Both the position numbers and the translations under genes were made by a program. Source: an uncultured Candidatus Rokubacteria bacterium (GTDB taxonomy: Bacteria; Methylomirabilota; Methylomirabilia; Rokubacteriales; DASRDR01). From it: DNA of 64,000 nucleotides. The notes beneath the pieces were generated by a model. That model was not told the DNA's origin. It worked only from the letters and a program-made list of their open reading frames with translations, and searched no databases. The DNA lies in NCBI GenBank assembly GCA_963805625.1, contig CAWDVE010000009.1:1-64000 (forward strand), in the 5' to 3' direction. Below, in pieces: positions 38,546-48,060 of this stretch (its first letter is position 1; each line of letters starts with the position of its first letter).

Positions 38546-38992
38546 ATGACGAAGCTCCACACGAAGTGGCCGCTGGCGGGAGTCCTGAGCGGTCTTGTCA
38601 TCCTGGTCAGCGGGGCGATGCCGAGCGAGGCCCACCTCGCCCGGCGGATGGCGCCGATCGAGCGCTCGGCGCTCCGGGAGCAGCTCGACTTGACGGACGA
38701 CCAGGTCAAGTCGATCAAGGAGATCCGCGCCCGCCACTGGCAGTCGATGCGCGAGACGGTGCGGGCGCTCCGCGACGCGCGCCGCGCGCTCCGCGAGATG
38801 GTCCTGGCGGACGCCGACGACGCGACCTTCACGGCCAAGGCCGGGGAGGTTCGGGAGCTCTCGGGCCAGGTTCTCGAGGCGCGAGCCCGCACGCTCCAGG
38901 AGGTGGCTCGCATCCTCACGCCGGAGCAGCGTGAGAAGCTGCGCGAGCTTCGGCCCCTGCGTCTCCACCGGCCGGCACCCCTCGCCGGTTGA
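38546..38992 (+). CDS. Spy/CpxP-family periplasmic protein
   Basis: GGAGG RBS, signal peptide, LDLTDDQ and ILTPEQREK motifs. Confidence 0.85.
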   Translation: MTKLHTKWPLAGVLSGLVILVSGAMPSEAHLARRMAPIERSALREQLDLTDDQVKSIKEIRARHWQSMRETVRALRDARRALREMVLADADDATFTAKAGEVRELSGQVLEARARTLQEVARILTPEQREKLRELRPLRLHRPAPLAG

Positions 38993-39049
38993 ACGTCACC
39001 GGACATCCGGGGGAGGGTGTCCTCCCCCGGGTGTCCTGATGCGCCCGAC

Positions 39050-42040
39050 TCAGACGCCCCGGCTCGCCGTGTACGGACAGATCTGGCTGTAGGCGCAGTA
39101 CCGACAGGCCTGATACGACGGCGTCGCCGTGAAGCGTCGCGCCCGGATGCCCACCGCCGCCGCGCGCACGGCTGCCAGGGCCGTTTCGGCGTCCTCCTCC
39201 GTCGGCGCGTGGCGGCCGACCACGCCGGACTCGAGGAACCGTAGCTCGACCCGCGCCGGGAGTCGGCCGAACATCTCCCGCCACGCCAGCGCGTAGATCT
39301 GGAGCTGCAGGCTCTCCGTCGCCCGCACTTCCGCGCGCGCGGGCTCCCGGACGTCGGAGGACTTGTAGTCCACGATCACGGGGCCGGCCTCCGTCTCGTC
39401 GACGCGGTCCCACCGGCCGCGAAGCCGGGTGAGTCCCCCGGCGTCAGGCAGGCTCACGCCGAATTCACGCTCGACCGAGGTGGGCCGCGTGCCCGAGGCT
39501 TCCTCCTCGTGCCAGAAGCGCTCGATGGCCGCCCGGCCCGCGTCCCGCCGCGCGACCTCGTGCCCCCAGGTGAGAAACCCCTCGTTCCGCCACTCGCGGT
39601 CGTATGTCTCGAGCAGGTCCTCGAGCGGCGTGTAGAGGCTGGCCGCCCGCCGGCGCAGGTAGTGCTCGACCACGCGGTGGAGCGTCTCTCCGTACACCAC
39701 CGTGTGATGACGGCGGATCGGCACACGCAAGGCGTGCACGTAGCGGTACTTCAGCGGGCAGGTCTGATAGTCATCGACCTGCCGGTGGCTGAGCTCGAGG
39801 ACGACGTCGGGGCCGAGAGGCGCCTCCGCCTCAGCCCAGGCCTCGGCCGGGGCCGCGAACGCCCGCAAGTCCTCCAGCGCCGTCCCCTTCACGGGCCGGG
39901 CGGCGTCGCGCGAGAGATTGAGGGCTTCGAGGACGAACTGGCTGACCTTCCGCGTGCTCCGGCCTCCGTAGTCGCGCGCCGACGTCAGATGGAGCGCCTC
40001 CTTCGCCCGCGTCATCGCGACGTAGAAGAGCCGCCGCTCCTCCTGGAGGCGGAAGTCAGGCGACGACGGCCGGTCCCGGAGGAGATCGTCGGGCAGCTCG
40101 AGGACATCCCCGCGGTTCGGCCAAGGAAATCGGCCCTGGACCAGCCCCACCACGAACACCACCGGGAACTCGAGCCCCTTGGCCTTGTGAACCGTGAGGA
40201 CGCGGACCGCGGGTACGTGGACGTCCGCCTCGGCCACGGCCGGATCCTCGCCGGCCTCGATCAGGGCGTCGAGGTGCTTCACGAACTCGCGCACGTGGTC
40301 CCGCGGGAGGACCTGGGTCGCGTCCTGGATCCGGCGGAAGAAGCGCGCGACGTTCTGGACCTCGACCTCCTCGCGCGCCGTGCTCGCCCGCGACATGCGA
40401 CCCAGCCAGCCGCTGTCCGCGAGGAACTGGTAGAGAAGCTCCCCGGTCCCGAGCTCCGCCCCGAGCCCGAGGTAACGCTCGAGCTCCTTCACCAGGCGAG
40501 CGATCGCCTCGGCACCTTCCGCGGACAGCGCCGCGCGGAGCTCGGGCGTCTCGTCGAGACCCCGCAGGACGTCGAAGAGCCAACGGTTCCGGCGGTCCGC
40601 GTGCGCCCCGCAGCGGGCGAGGTCCACGGCCGGCACCCCGAAGAGCCACGAGGCCGCGAGCGCGTAGAGGCTGACCGAGTCGTCCGGACGCGCGAGGACC
40701 CGGAGAAACGCGATGCAGAGCCGCACCTCCTGGCGCGCGTACAGCCCCTGGTTTCCCGAGAACGTCCACGGGACCCCGCGGAGGTTGAGCGACCGGAGGA
40801 ACGGGTCGGCGTCGGCGTTGGCGCGGACGAGGATCGCGAAGTCCCGGTATGCCCGCCGCCCATCCTTCACTTCCTGCTCGATCGCCGCCGCCACCGCGTC
40901 GGCTTCCTGGGTGATGGTCTCGTAGACGGTGTGGACGGGCTCCGATCCCGGTCCGCCGACCGCGACGAGCCGCTTGTCGATTCCCCGCGCGGCCTCGAGG
41001 CGATCTGGGTCGTTGTGGCGGATCAGCCGGTGGGCCGCGTCCAGCAGGCTCTGCCCGGAGCGGTAGTTCTGGATCAGCACCACCCGTCGGGCATCGGGGT
41101 AGGCCGCGTCGAACCCGAGGATGTTGCTCATGGAGGCGCCGCGGAAGCGGAAGATCGCCTGGTCGTCGTCCCCCACCACCGTCACGTTCCGGTGCCGGCC
41201 CGCGAGGAGCTTCACCAGCTCGAACTGCGCGTAGTTCGTGTCCTGGAACTCGTCGACCAGGACGTACCGGAATCGCCGCTGATAGTGGGCGAGGACGTAC
41301 GGCCGCTCCCGGAACAGGCGAAGCGCCAGGAAGATCTGGTCGCCGAAGTCGACGAACCCCGCGCGCGCCATGAGGTCGCGGTACGTCGTGTAGGTGCGCG
41401 CCAGCTCGAGGCTGCGCGCGGCGAGATCGCGGCGCTCTGCGTCCTCCGGATGCGCCTCGGCGTCGGCCGAGAGCGCCGTCGCGTGGGCGAGGTAGGCCTC
41501 CGGCGCGACGTCCTCGTCCTTCGCGCGCCCGAACAGCCCAGTCAGCGCCTGGAGATGGCGCGTCGGATCGCCGAGCGGCCGGAAATGGTCGAGCGGCAGC
41601 TCGAACAGGCGCGTGCGGAGGAACAGGACCTGCTCGGCCCGGTTCAGGACTCGAAAGGCGGGTGTCAGGCCGAGCTCGAGGGCGTGCTCGCGCAAGAGCC
41701 AGTCCCCGAACGCGTGGAACGTCGCGATGCGCACGTCGGCATACCCGTACGGGACGAGCACGTCGACACGCTCCTCCATCTCGAGCGCGGCCTTGTCGGT
41801 GAACGTGAGAGCAAGGATCTCTTCCGGTCGCGCCCGGCGCGTGGCGATGAGATAGGCGATGCGGCGAGTGAGGACGGTGGTCTTGCCCGTCCCCGCCCCC
41901 GCAACGATCAGGAGCGGCCCCTGATCGTGCGCGACCGCTTCTACTTGAGCCGGGTTCAGCTCCTCGAGGATCCGCTGTGCCGCGGGATCCGGCCGCTCCG
42001 AGACGGCGGCGGAGGGGCGAGGCGAGTCAGGGCGGGACAC
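39050..42040 (-). CDS. UvrD/PcrA-type SF1A helicase fused to a C-terminal PD-(D/E)XK nuclease with four Cys (AdnAB/AddA-like)
   Basis: AGAGTGKT, LTFTDKAA, VDEFQD, VGDDDQAIFRFRGA, QNYRS, TVHKAKGLEF, EERRLFYVAMTRA; nuclease GRWDRVD...IVDYKS; CPLKY...CRYCAYSQIC. Confidence 0.92.
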   Translation of the reverse strand: MSRPDSPRPSAAVSERPDPAAQRILEELNPAQVEAVAHDQGPLLIVAGAGTGKTTVLTRRIAYLIATRRARPEEILALTFTDKAALEMEERVDVLVPYGYADVRIATFHAFGDWLLREHALELGLTPAFRVLNRAEQVLFLRTRLFELPLDHFRPLGDPTRHLQALTGLFGRAKDEDVAPEAYLAHATALSADAEAHPEDAERRDLAARSLELARTYTTYRDLMARAGFVDFGDQIFLALRLFRERPYVLAHYQRRFRYVLVDEFQDTNYAQFELVKLLAGRHRNVTVVGDDDQAIFRFRGASMSNILGFDAAYPDARRVVLIQNYRSGQSLLDAAHRLIRHNDPDRLEAARGIDKRLVAVGGPGSEPVHTVYETITQEADAVAAAIEQEVKDGRRAYRDFAILVRANADADPFLRSLNLRGVPWTFSGNQGLYARQEVRLCIAFLRVLARPDDSVSLYALAASWLFGVPAVDLARCGAHADRRNRWLFDVLRGLDETPELRAALSAEGAEAIARLVKELERYLGLGAELGTGELLYQFLADSGWLGRMSRASTAREEVEVQNVARFFRRIQDATQVLPRDHVREFVKHLDALIEAGEDPAVAEADVHVPAVRVLTVHKAKGLEFPVVFVVGLVQGRFPWPNRGDVLELPDDLLRDRPSSPDFRLQEERRLFYVAMTRAKEALHLTSARDYGGRSTRKVSQFVLEALNLSRDAARPVKGTALEDLRAFAAPAEAWAEAEAPLGPDVVLELSHRQVDDYQTCPLKYRYVHALRVPIRRHHTVVYGETLHRVVEHYLRRRAASLYTPLEDLLETYDREWRNEGFLTWGHEVARRDAGRAAIERFWHEEEASGTRPTSVEREFGVSLPDAGGLTRLRGRWDRVDETEAGPVIVDYKSSDVREPARAEVRATESLQLQIYALAWREMFGRLPARVELRFLESGVVGRHAPTEEDAETALAAVRAAAVGIRARRFTATPSYQACRYCAYSQICPYTASRGV

Positions 42041-42216
42041 GCCCGATCTTAGCCCCCGTCACCGCCGCGGACAAGCGAGGTCCGGTCCGGCCCCAGTCTC
42101 CTCGTCACCTGCTCTCGTTCGAATGACCTTCCTGCAGGCCGGATGCGAGCGGCCCGCCGGGCGGCGCGATTCGCCGCCTGCGGCGGGCCGCGGCGTGGTC
42201 GGTACCGGGCCCCGGC

Positions 42217-43137
42217 TCAGCGACCGTAGACGGGCGTGAGCCAGTGGCGGTAGGCCGGCTTCTCGCCCCGGACCACCGCGAAGTAGCAGGCCTGGATCGC
42301 CCGTGTCATCGGGCCGGGCTGGACGCCGTCCCCGAGCGGCAGCCGGTCGATGGAGACCACGGGCGTGATCTCCCAGCCGCTCCCGCAGAGGAAGACTTCG
42401 TCCGCGAGATAGAGCTCGGTACGATCGACGTCACGCTCGAGCGCAGGCTGGCCGAGCTCGGTCCGGAACAGCTCGAGGAGGGTGGTCCGCGTCACCGACT
42501 CCAGGATGTCGGCGGTCACGGGCGGTGTGATCGGCACGCCGCCGCGCATGAGGAAGCAGCAAGCCCCCGGCGCCTCGGCGAGCTTCCCGCGAGTGTTCAG
42601 GAGGAGCGCCCCGTCGTAGCCATTCGCCTTCGCCTCCAGGGTGGCGAGACGTCCGTTCTGGTAGTTCGCGGAGCACTTGATGCGCGGCGGCATCGAGCCG
42701 TCGGCGATGCGGGTCCACGACGACACGCCGACGGCGATGCCAGGCTTCTGCGTCGCCTTCCGCGGCCGTGCGTCCACCGCGAGTGCGACAGGACCGGTGT
42801 CGTCCATGTCGCCGTCGCCGGCGAGGTAGGCGGTCTGCCGGATGTGCACGTCCTCGCGCGGCTGATTCTTCCGGAGGACCTCCAGGATCGACCGCTCGAT
42901 CTCCTCGCGCGTCAGCGAGTGCTGCATCCGCATGAGGCGCATCGATCCCAGGAGGCGGTCGGTGTGCTCCTTCAGCCGGAAGACGTAGAGCTCCTCGTGG
43001 GCCGGGTTCCAGTAGGCCCGGAGCCCCTCGAAGACCGACCCCCCGTACTTCACCGCGGTCGACTGGACGTGGATCCGGGCGTCCGCGTAGGGGACCAGCT
43101 TGCCGTCGAGGTAGACATGCCGATTCGTCGTCGTCAC
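42217..43137 (-). CDS. ilvE: Branched-chain amino acid aminotransferase (class IV)
   Basis: YGGSVFEGLRAY, FRLKEH, IKCSANY, ILESVTR, DEVFLCG. Confidence 0.88.
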   Translation of the reverse strand: MTTTNRHVYLDGKLVPYADARIHVQSTAVKYGGSVFEGLRAYWNPAHEELYVFRLKEHTDRLLGSMRLMRMQHSLTREEIERSILEVLRKNQPREDVHIRQTAYLAGDGDMDDTGPVALAVDARPRKATQKPGIAVGVSSWTRIADGSMPPRIKCSANYQNGRLATLEAKANGYDGALLLNTRGKLAEAPGACCFLMRGGVPITPPVTADILESVTRTTLLELFRTELGQPALERDVDRTELYLADEVFLCGSGWEITPVVSIDRLPLGDGVQPGPMTRAIQACYFAVVRGEKPAYRHWLTPVYGR

Positions 43138-43174
43138 CAGAGTCCTCCCTTCTTCGCCCGCCCAGGGGTGGGCC

Positions 43175-44146
43175 TCACCGCCGGATGCGCGGATCTGGCT
43201 GGGCGAGCAGCTCCTCGAGCTCGCCGCGCCGGATGACCGCGATGTCACCCCACATCGTGCACTTCAACGCGGCGAGCGCCGTGCCGAGGTCCTGCGCTCG
43301 CTGCACGTCACGGGTCGTCAGCCACCCGTGCAGGAATCCCGCCGCGAACGCGTCGCCGGCGCCGACCCGGTCGGCCACGACATCCAGGCTGTAGAGGCGC
43401 GTCGGGCGGTGTGCCCGGTCCGTCAGGACCAGCGAGCCCTGATCGCCGAGCGTCAAGGCGATGATCGCGAGAGGCGCCAGCCCACGCAGCCCCGCCGCGA
43501 CGGCCTCGGGCTCCCCCGCGAGCCCGAAGACACGCCGCGCGTCCTCGATCCCGACGAACAGGAGCCCGACGCGCGAGAGCAGAGGCTGGAGATACGCCCG
43601 CGCCGCCTCGTAGCTCCAGAGAGCCGTGCGGTGGTTGACGTCGAGCGACAGGAGGGCCCCGCTCGCCTGGGCCGACTCGACCGCGCGCTCGAAGACGCGT
43701 CGGGGTCGGGGACCGAGCGCGGCCGTGATGCCCGTGACATGGACGACCCGGGTACGTGAGACCGCCGCCCAGTCCACCTCTGTCTCGTCCAGGGACGCGA
43801 ACGCGGAATCCTTCCGGTCGTAGACCACCCGGATCGGGCGCGGCGCCACGCCGTACTCGATGAAGTACGTGCCGATCCGCCCGCCCTCGCGCCAGGCGAT
43901 GTGCCCGACGTCAACGCCGTGGCCCCGGAGTTCCCGGGCCAGGCGCTCGCCCCAGACGTTCGCGGGCAGCGCCGAGATCCACGCCGTCGGGTGCCCGAGG
44001 CGCGCGAGGGCGCACAGGACGTTGGCCTCGGTCCCGCCGTAGGAGACGTCGAGCTCCGTCGCCTGCTCGAGCCGCGTGGGCGGCCGCGAGGCCAGGCGCA
44101 GCATGACCTCGCCGGGGGCGACCACGTCGAAGAGCGGCCCGGACAC
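43175..44146 (-). CDS. PfkB-family sugar kinase (2-keto-3-deoxygluconate kinase-like)
   Basis: GEVMLRL, GGTEANV, YDRKDSA, DVNHR, DRVGAGDAFAAG. Confidence 0.9.
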   Translation of the reverse strand: MSGPLFDVVAPGEVMLRLASRPPTRLEQATELDVSYGGTEANVLCALARLGHPTAWISALPANVWGERLARELRGHGVDVGHIAWREGGRIGTYFIEYGVAPRPIRVVYDRKDSAFASLDETEVDWAAVSRTRVVHVTGITAALGPRPRRVFERAVESAQASGALLSLDVNHRTALWSYEAARAYLQPLLSRVGLLFVGIEDARRVFGLAGEPEAVAAGLRGLAPLAIIALTLGDQGSLVLTDRAHRPTRLYSLDVVADRVGAGDAFAAGFLHGWLTTRDVQRAQDLGTALAALKCTMWGDIAVIRRGELEELLAQPDPRIRR

Positions 44147-44247
44147 GGCGGTCAGTCCTCGTAGGCGGGAGCAAGAGCGCTCCGCCGGACAGTCCCGATC
44201 GGGCGGGCAATCGTCGGCCGGTGACGAGGCAACGGGCGGCTCGGCTC

Positions 44248-45255
44248 TCAGCCGCCGGCGGCCGGCGGCCGGCGCATGCGCCCCAGCACCTCGGGGTTGA
44301 CGCAGTGGCGCGGTCGCTCGCCGCGCAGCACCCGGACCGCCTCCTCGGCCGCGCGCCGCTTGAGGTCCGACCGCCCCTCCTCCGAGTACCAGGCGGCGTG
44401 CGGCGTCACGATCACCTGCTCCATCCGGAGCAGCGGGCTGGCGGGGTCGATCGGCTCCTGTTCGAGCACGTCCAGCCCCGCGCCCGCCAGAAACCCCTGC
44501 TGCAGGGCCACGACGAGCGCGGCGGTGTCGACGATCCCACCACGCGCCGTGTTGATCAGCACGGCGGTCGGTTGCATCCGCGCCAGGGACTCGGCGTCGA
44601 AGGCGTGCCGGGTCTCGTTCGTCAGGGGGCAGTGGATGGTGACGTAGTCCGACTCGGCGAGGACGCGCTCGAAGGCCACCGGCTGCACACCCGGCGGGAA
44701 GGTCTCGATGTACGGGTCGCAACCGAGCAGCCGCACGTCGAAGCCGCCGAGCTTCCGTGCGACGGCCGACCCGATACGGCCACACCCCACGATGCCCACG
44801 GTCTGGCCCGCGAGACGCGTCACCGGACCGACGCGAAACACGTCCCACCCGCCGCTCCGGGTCTGGCGGTCGAGTCGGGCAATCTTGCGGGCCAGGGCCA
44901 GGAGTAGCGCCACCGCGTGGTTCGCGACCTCGTCGGTCCCGTAGTCCGGGACGTTCACGACCGGCACGCCGTGGTCCGTGGCCGCCGCCAAATCGATGCC
45001 GTCCACGCCGACGCCGTAGCGGACCAGCACCCGGACGCGCGGGAGTCCCTCCAGCACGCGGCGCGTGATGGCTCCGTACTGGATCAGCAGGCCATCGGCC
45101 TCGCCGCACCGCTCGAGGTACTCGGCCTCGGTGCGCGCGATCACGGTCTGGAGCCGCACGCCCGCTTTCGCGAGGACGTCCTGCTCCTCCGTCAGGTTCA
45201 CGTGGTCGAGGCCGCAGACGACGACGAGCGGCGCGTCCGGCGCGGTGGCGGTCAT
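44248..45255 (-). CDS. D-2-hydroxyacid dehydrogenase (CtBP-like)
   Basis: RYGVGVD, GIVGCGRIG, INTARGG, TPHAAWYS. Confidence 0.93.
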   Translation of the reverse strand: MTATAPDAPLVVVCGLDHVNLTEEQDVLAKAGVRLQTVIARTEAEYLERCGEADGLLIQYGAITRRVLEGLPRVRVLVRYGVGVDGIDLAAATDHGVPVVNVPDYGTDEVANHAVALLLALARKIARLDRQTRSGGWDVFRVGPVTRLAGQTVGIVGCGRIGSAVARKLGGFDVRLLGCDPYIETFPPGVQPVAFERVLAESDYVTIHCPLTNETRHAFDAESLARMQPTAVLINTARGGIVDTAALVVALQQGFLAGAGLDVLEQEPIDPASPLLRMEQVIVTPHAAWYSEEGRSDLKRRAAEEAVRVLRGERPRHCVNPEVLGRMRRPPAAGG

Positions 45256-45306
45256 CCGGGGGAGAGCCTCAAGCCGTGGACGGGGTGAGGAGCAACCGGG
45301 ACGGCG

Positions 45307-45390
45307 CTACCCGCGCTTCATCGGACGCCCGCAGCACACCTTCTGCACGGGAGCCGTCTTCAGGCACTTCGCACAGTAGAATCCCGGCAT
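45307..45390 (-). CDS. Putative 27-aa Cys4 metal-binding peptide (desulforedoxin-like)
   Basis: MPGFYCAKCLKTAPVQKVCCGRPMKRG*; AGGAG RBS 5 nt before the ATG; CxxC...CCGxPM pattern. Confidence 0.6.
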   Translation of the reverse strand: MPGFYCAKCLKTAPVQKVCCGRPMKRG

Positions 45391-45399
45391 CACTGCTCC

Positions 45400-46545
45400 T
45401 CAGAGACGCTCGATGAGCGTCGCAATTCCCTGCCCGAATCCGATGCACATCGTCGCCAGCCCGAACCGCCCGCCGGATCGCTCGAGCTCGTGGAGGAGCG
45501 TGACGAGCAGCCGCGCGCCGGAGCAGCCCAGCGGGTGGCCGAGCGCGATGGCTCCTCCGTTGACGTTTACCCGGCTCATGTCCGGGTGCAGCTCCCGCTC
45601 CCACGCGAGCACGACCGACGCGAAGGCCTCGTTCACCTCGAAGCGGTCGACCTCACCGAGGCCGAGGCCGGCCTTGGCGAGGACGCGCTGGGTAGCCGGG
45701 ATCGGGCCCGTCAGCATGATCGTCGGGTCGACGCCCGCGAGCGCCGTCGCCACGAAGCGGGCCCGAGGACGGAGCCCGAGCGCGCGGACCTTCTCGTCCG
45801 ACATGACGAGCAGCGCCGCCGCGCCGTCGGAGATCTGACTCGAGTTAGCCGCCGTCACCGCCCCGTCGGGTTTGAACGAGGGCGCCAGCGCGGCGATCCG
45901 GGCTCGATCCACGGGGACCCGGACGCCTTCGTCGACGGCCACCGTCGACCCATCCGGCAGCGACACGGGCGCGATCTCGCGATGGAACCGCCCCTCCGCG
46001 ATGGCTCGTCCCGCTCTCTCGTGGCTCTGCGCCGCGAACTCGTCGAGGTCCGCTCGCGCGAGTCCCCACTTCTCCACGAGAAGCTCCGCCGAGATGCCCT
46101 GCGGCACGATCTCGTACCGCTCGGCGAGCCGCGGGCTGATCGGCCCCTCGCCGGGTCCATTCGCGTTCGACCCCATGGGCACGCGCGTCATGCTCTCGAC
46201 GCCCCCCACGATCAGGCAGTCGTGCTGCCCGGCGGCGATCATGCCGAACCCGAAGTTCGCCGCCTGTTGGCCGGATCCGCACATCCGATCGAGCGTCACA
46301 CCGCACACGTCGAGAGGGAAGCCGGCGATGAGCGCCGCATTCCGGGCGATGTTGAACGCCTGCTCGCCGACCTGGTCGACACAACCGAGGATCACGTCCT
46401 CGACGACGGCGGGATCGAGGCCGGCGCGGTCGACGACCGCCCGGAGGACGTGGGCCGCGAGATCGTCGGGGCGGACGCCGGCGAGCTTCCCGTTGCGCCG
46501 GCCGACGGGCGAGCGAACGGCTTCGACGATCACGGCCTGGGACAT
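45400..46545 (-). CDS. Thiolase (acetyl-CoA C-acyltransferase)
   Basis: DRMCGSG, NEAFA, GGAIALGHPLG, MCIGFGQG. Confidence 0.96.
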   Translation of the reverse strand: MSQAVIVEAVRSPVGRRNGKLAGVRPDDLAAHVLRAVVDRAGLDPAVVEDVILGCVDQVGEQAFNIARNAALIAGFPLDVCGVTLDRMCGSGQQAANFGFGMIAAGQHDCLIVGGVESMTRVPMGSNANGPGEGPISPRLAERYEIVPQGISAELLVEKWGLARADLDEFAAQSHERAGRAIAEGRFHREIAPVSLPDGSTVAVDEGVRVPVDRARIAALAPSFKPDGAVTAANSSQISDGAAALLVMSDEKVRALGLRPRARFVATALAGVDPTIMLTGPIPATQRVLAKAGLGLGEVDRFEVNEAFASVVLAWERELHPDMSRVNVNGGAIALGHPLGCSGARLLVTLLHELERSGGRFGLATMCIGFGQGIATLIERL

Positions 46546-46648
46546 GGGCGCCTCCTCGACGCGCGGACGCCTCCGCGCAGAGTCATCATACCGGCGCCCC
46601 TGCGGGGCCGCAACGGCCGCGCGTCACACTGGCGGGCGGATGGGCATG

Positions 46649-47335
46649 TCAGGTCCCGTCGCTGGCCGCGAGAGCGTCCCCCACGCGATGGAGAACCTCG
46701 GCGGCCTGAAACGGCTTGGCGACGACGAACCGCACGCCGTGACGCGCGAGCTGGGCCGGATCGAGGTGATCGCCCCAGCCCGTGATGAGTCCGACGGGGA
46801 GGTCTGGGAACCGGGCATGGCACGCTTCGGCCACCTCCCAGCCAGACATGCCCGGCATCGACACGTCGCTCAGGACGACGTCCACCGGCTCCGTCTCGCA
46901 CAGCGTGAGCCCCGAGGGACCGTCCGGCGCGTCGACGACCGTGTAGCCCTCACCCCCCAGGAGCTCCCGGAGCACCGCGCGCACACCCGCCTCGTCGTCG
47001 ACCACGAGAACGCGCGCCGGCCGCGCCGATCGGGCGGGAGCAGAGCCGGCCGGCGGCTCCGGCACTGACCGGGCTCCTGGCAGCCGCACCGTGAACCTGC
47101 TCCCTTCCCCGGGCTGGCTAGCTACTTCCACCGTCCCACCGTGCCGTGTCACGATGCCCCAGACGACAGCGAGTCCGAGGCCGCTGCCCAGGCCCGCTCC
47201 CGCCAGGCGCGCCGCCTCGGCCATCGCGGCGGCCTCACGCTGACGCCGAGCGACCTCCTGCTCGAGCTCCCTGACCCTGGCGCGGAGGGCAGCGAGCTGG
47301 TCGCGGCTGGACGTGCCCGACGGCTTTGGCGGCAT
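46649..47335 (-). CDS. Collapsed hybrid kinase: short coiled-coil N-terminus, HATPase tail and intact receiver domain
   Basis: N-terminal coiled coil joins in frame to GSGLGLAVVWGIVTRHGG..GSRFTVRLP, then VVDDE..SDVSMPGMSG..AKPF; no H-box or N-box. Confidence 0.7.
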   Translation of the reverse strand: MPPKPSGTSSRDQLAALRARVRELEQEVARRQREAAAMAEAARLAGAGLGSGLGLAVVWGIVTRHGGTVEVASQPGEGSRFTVRLPGARSVPEPPAGSAPARSARPARVLVVDDEAGVRAVLRELLGGEGYTVVDAPDGPSGLTLCETEPVDVVLSDVSMPGMSGWEVAEACHARFPDLPVGLITGWGDHLDPAQLARHGVRFVVAKPFQAAEVLHRVGDALAASDGT

Positions 47336-47412
47336 GGCTCCTGTCGCGCGGCTCCGTTGTGGCACGGGGCACTGCTTGACCCCGACCACGCCGCGAGCTA
47401 GCGTACCGCGTC

Positions 47413-48060
47413 GTGCAGGCATCGACCAAACCTTCCCTGCCAGAAGTACCGGGCCTCCGCGGGGTCATCTTTGACTTCGGCGGCGTCCTGATCGACATGC
47501 GGTGGGACGTCTCCGCCGGCCTCGAGGACGCCCACGGCCTGCCCCGGCACGCGCTCCTCGAGACCCTGTACCGGACGCCGACGTGGCGGGAGATCGAGCG
47601 GGGCCAAGGCGACCTCCCCGCGTGGCGCGCCGGAGCGCACCGGTTGCTCGAGGAGCGGGCCGGCCACTCCCTGCCGGGGCTGCACGACGCCTGGGTGGCG
47701 GCGCGGCACCTGATCCGCGCCAACGTCCTACTGGCCCGGCGGCTCCGGCCCGCGTACCGCACGGCCATCCTCTCGAACGCCGATCAGAGCCTGCGAGGCC
47801 GCCTGCGAGAGCTCGGGATCCACGACCTCTTCGACACGGTGGTCTCGTCGGCCGAAGAGGGAATGGCCAAGCCGGACCTCGAGATCTATCGGCGCGCGGC
47901 GGCACGGCTCGGGCTCCCGCCGGAGTCCTGCGTCTTCGTGGACGACTACGACGCGAACGTCCGCGCGGCCGAGGCGGTCGGGATGCGGGGGATCGTCTAC
48001 CGGGTGGACCACGGCCAGGATCTCGCCGCGCTCCTGGCGGATCTCGGCGTCGTCAGCTAG
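47413..48060 (+). CDS. HAD-family phosphatase (IA variant)
   Basis: IFDFGGVL, ILSNA, KPDLEIY, FVDD. Confidence 0.9.
   Translation: MQASTKPSLPEVPGLRGVIFDFGGVLIDMRWDVSAGLEDAHGLPRHALLETLYRTPTWREIERGQGDLPAWRAGAHRLLEERAGHSLPGLHDAWVAARHLIRANVLLARRLRPAYRTAILSNADQSLRGRLRELGIHDLFDTVVSSAEEGMAKPDLEIYRRAAARLGLPPESCVFVDDYDANVRAAEAVGMRGIVYRVDHGQDLAALLADLGVVS

Noticed and set aside
39050-39800. Cas4-like Cys pattern suggesting CRISPR adaptation
   Set aside because: No repeat-spacer array or cas genes; the domain is fused to UvrD
42041-42216. GTTCGAAT (T-loop-like) in the ilvE-helicase gap
   Set aside because: No cloverleaf or acceptor stem could be built; not a tRNA
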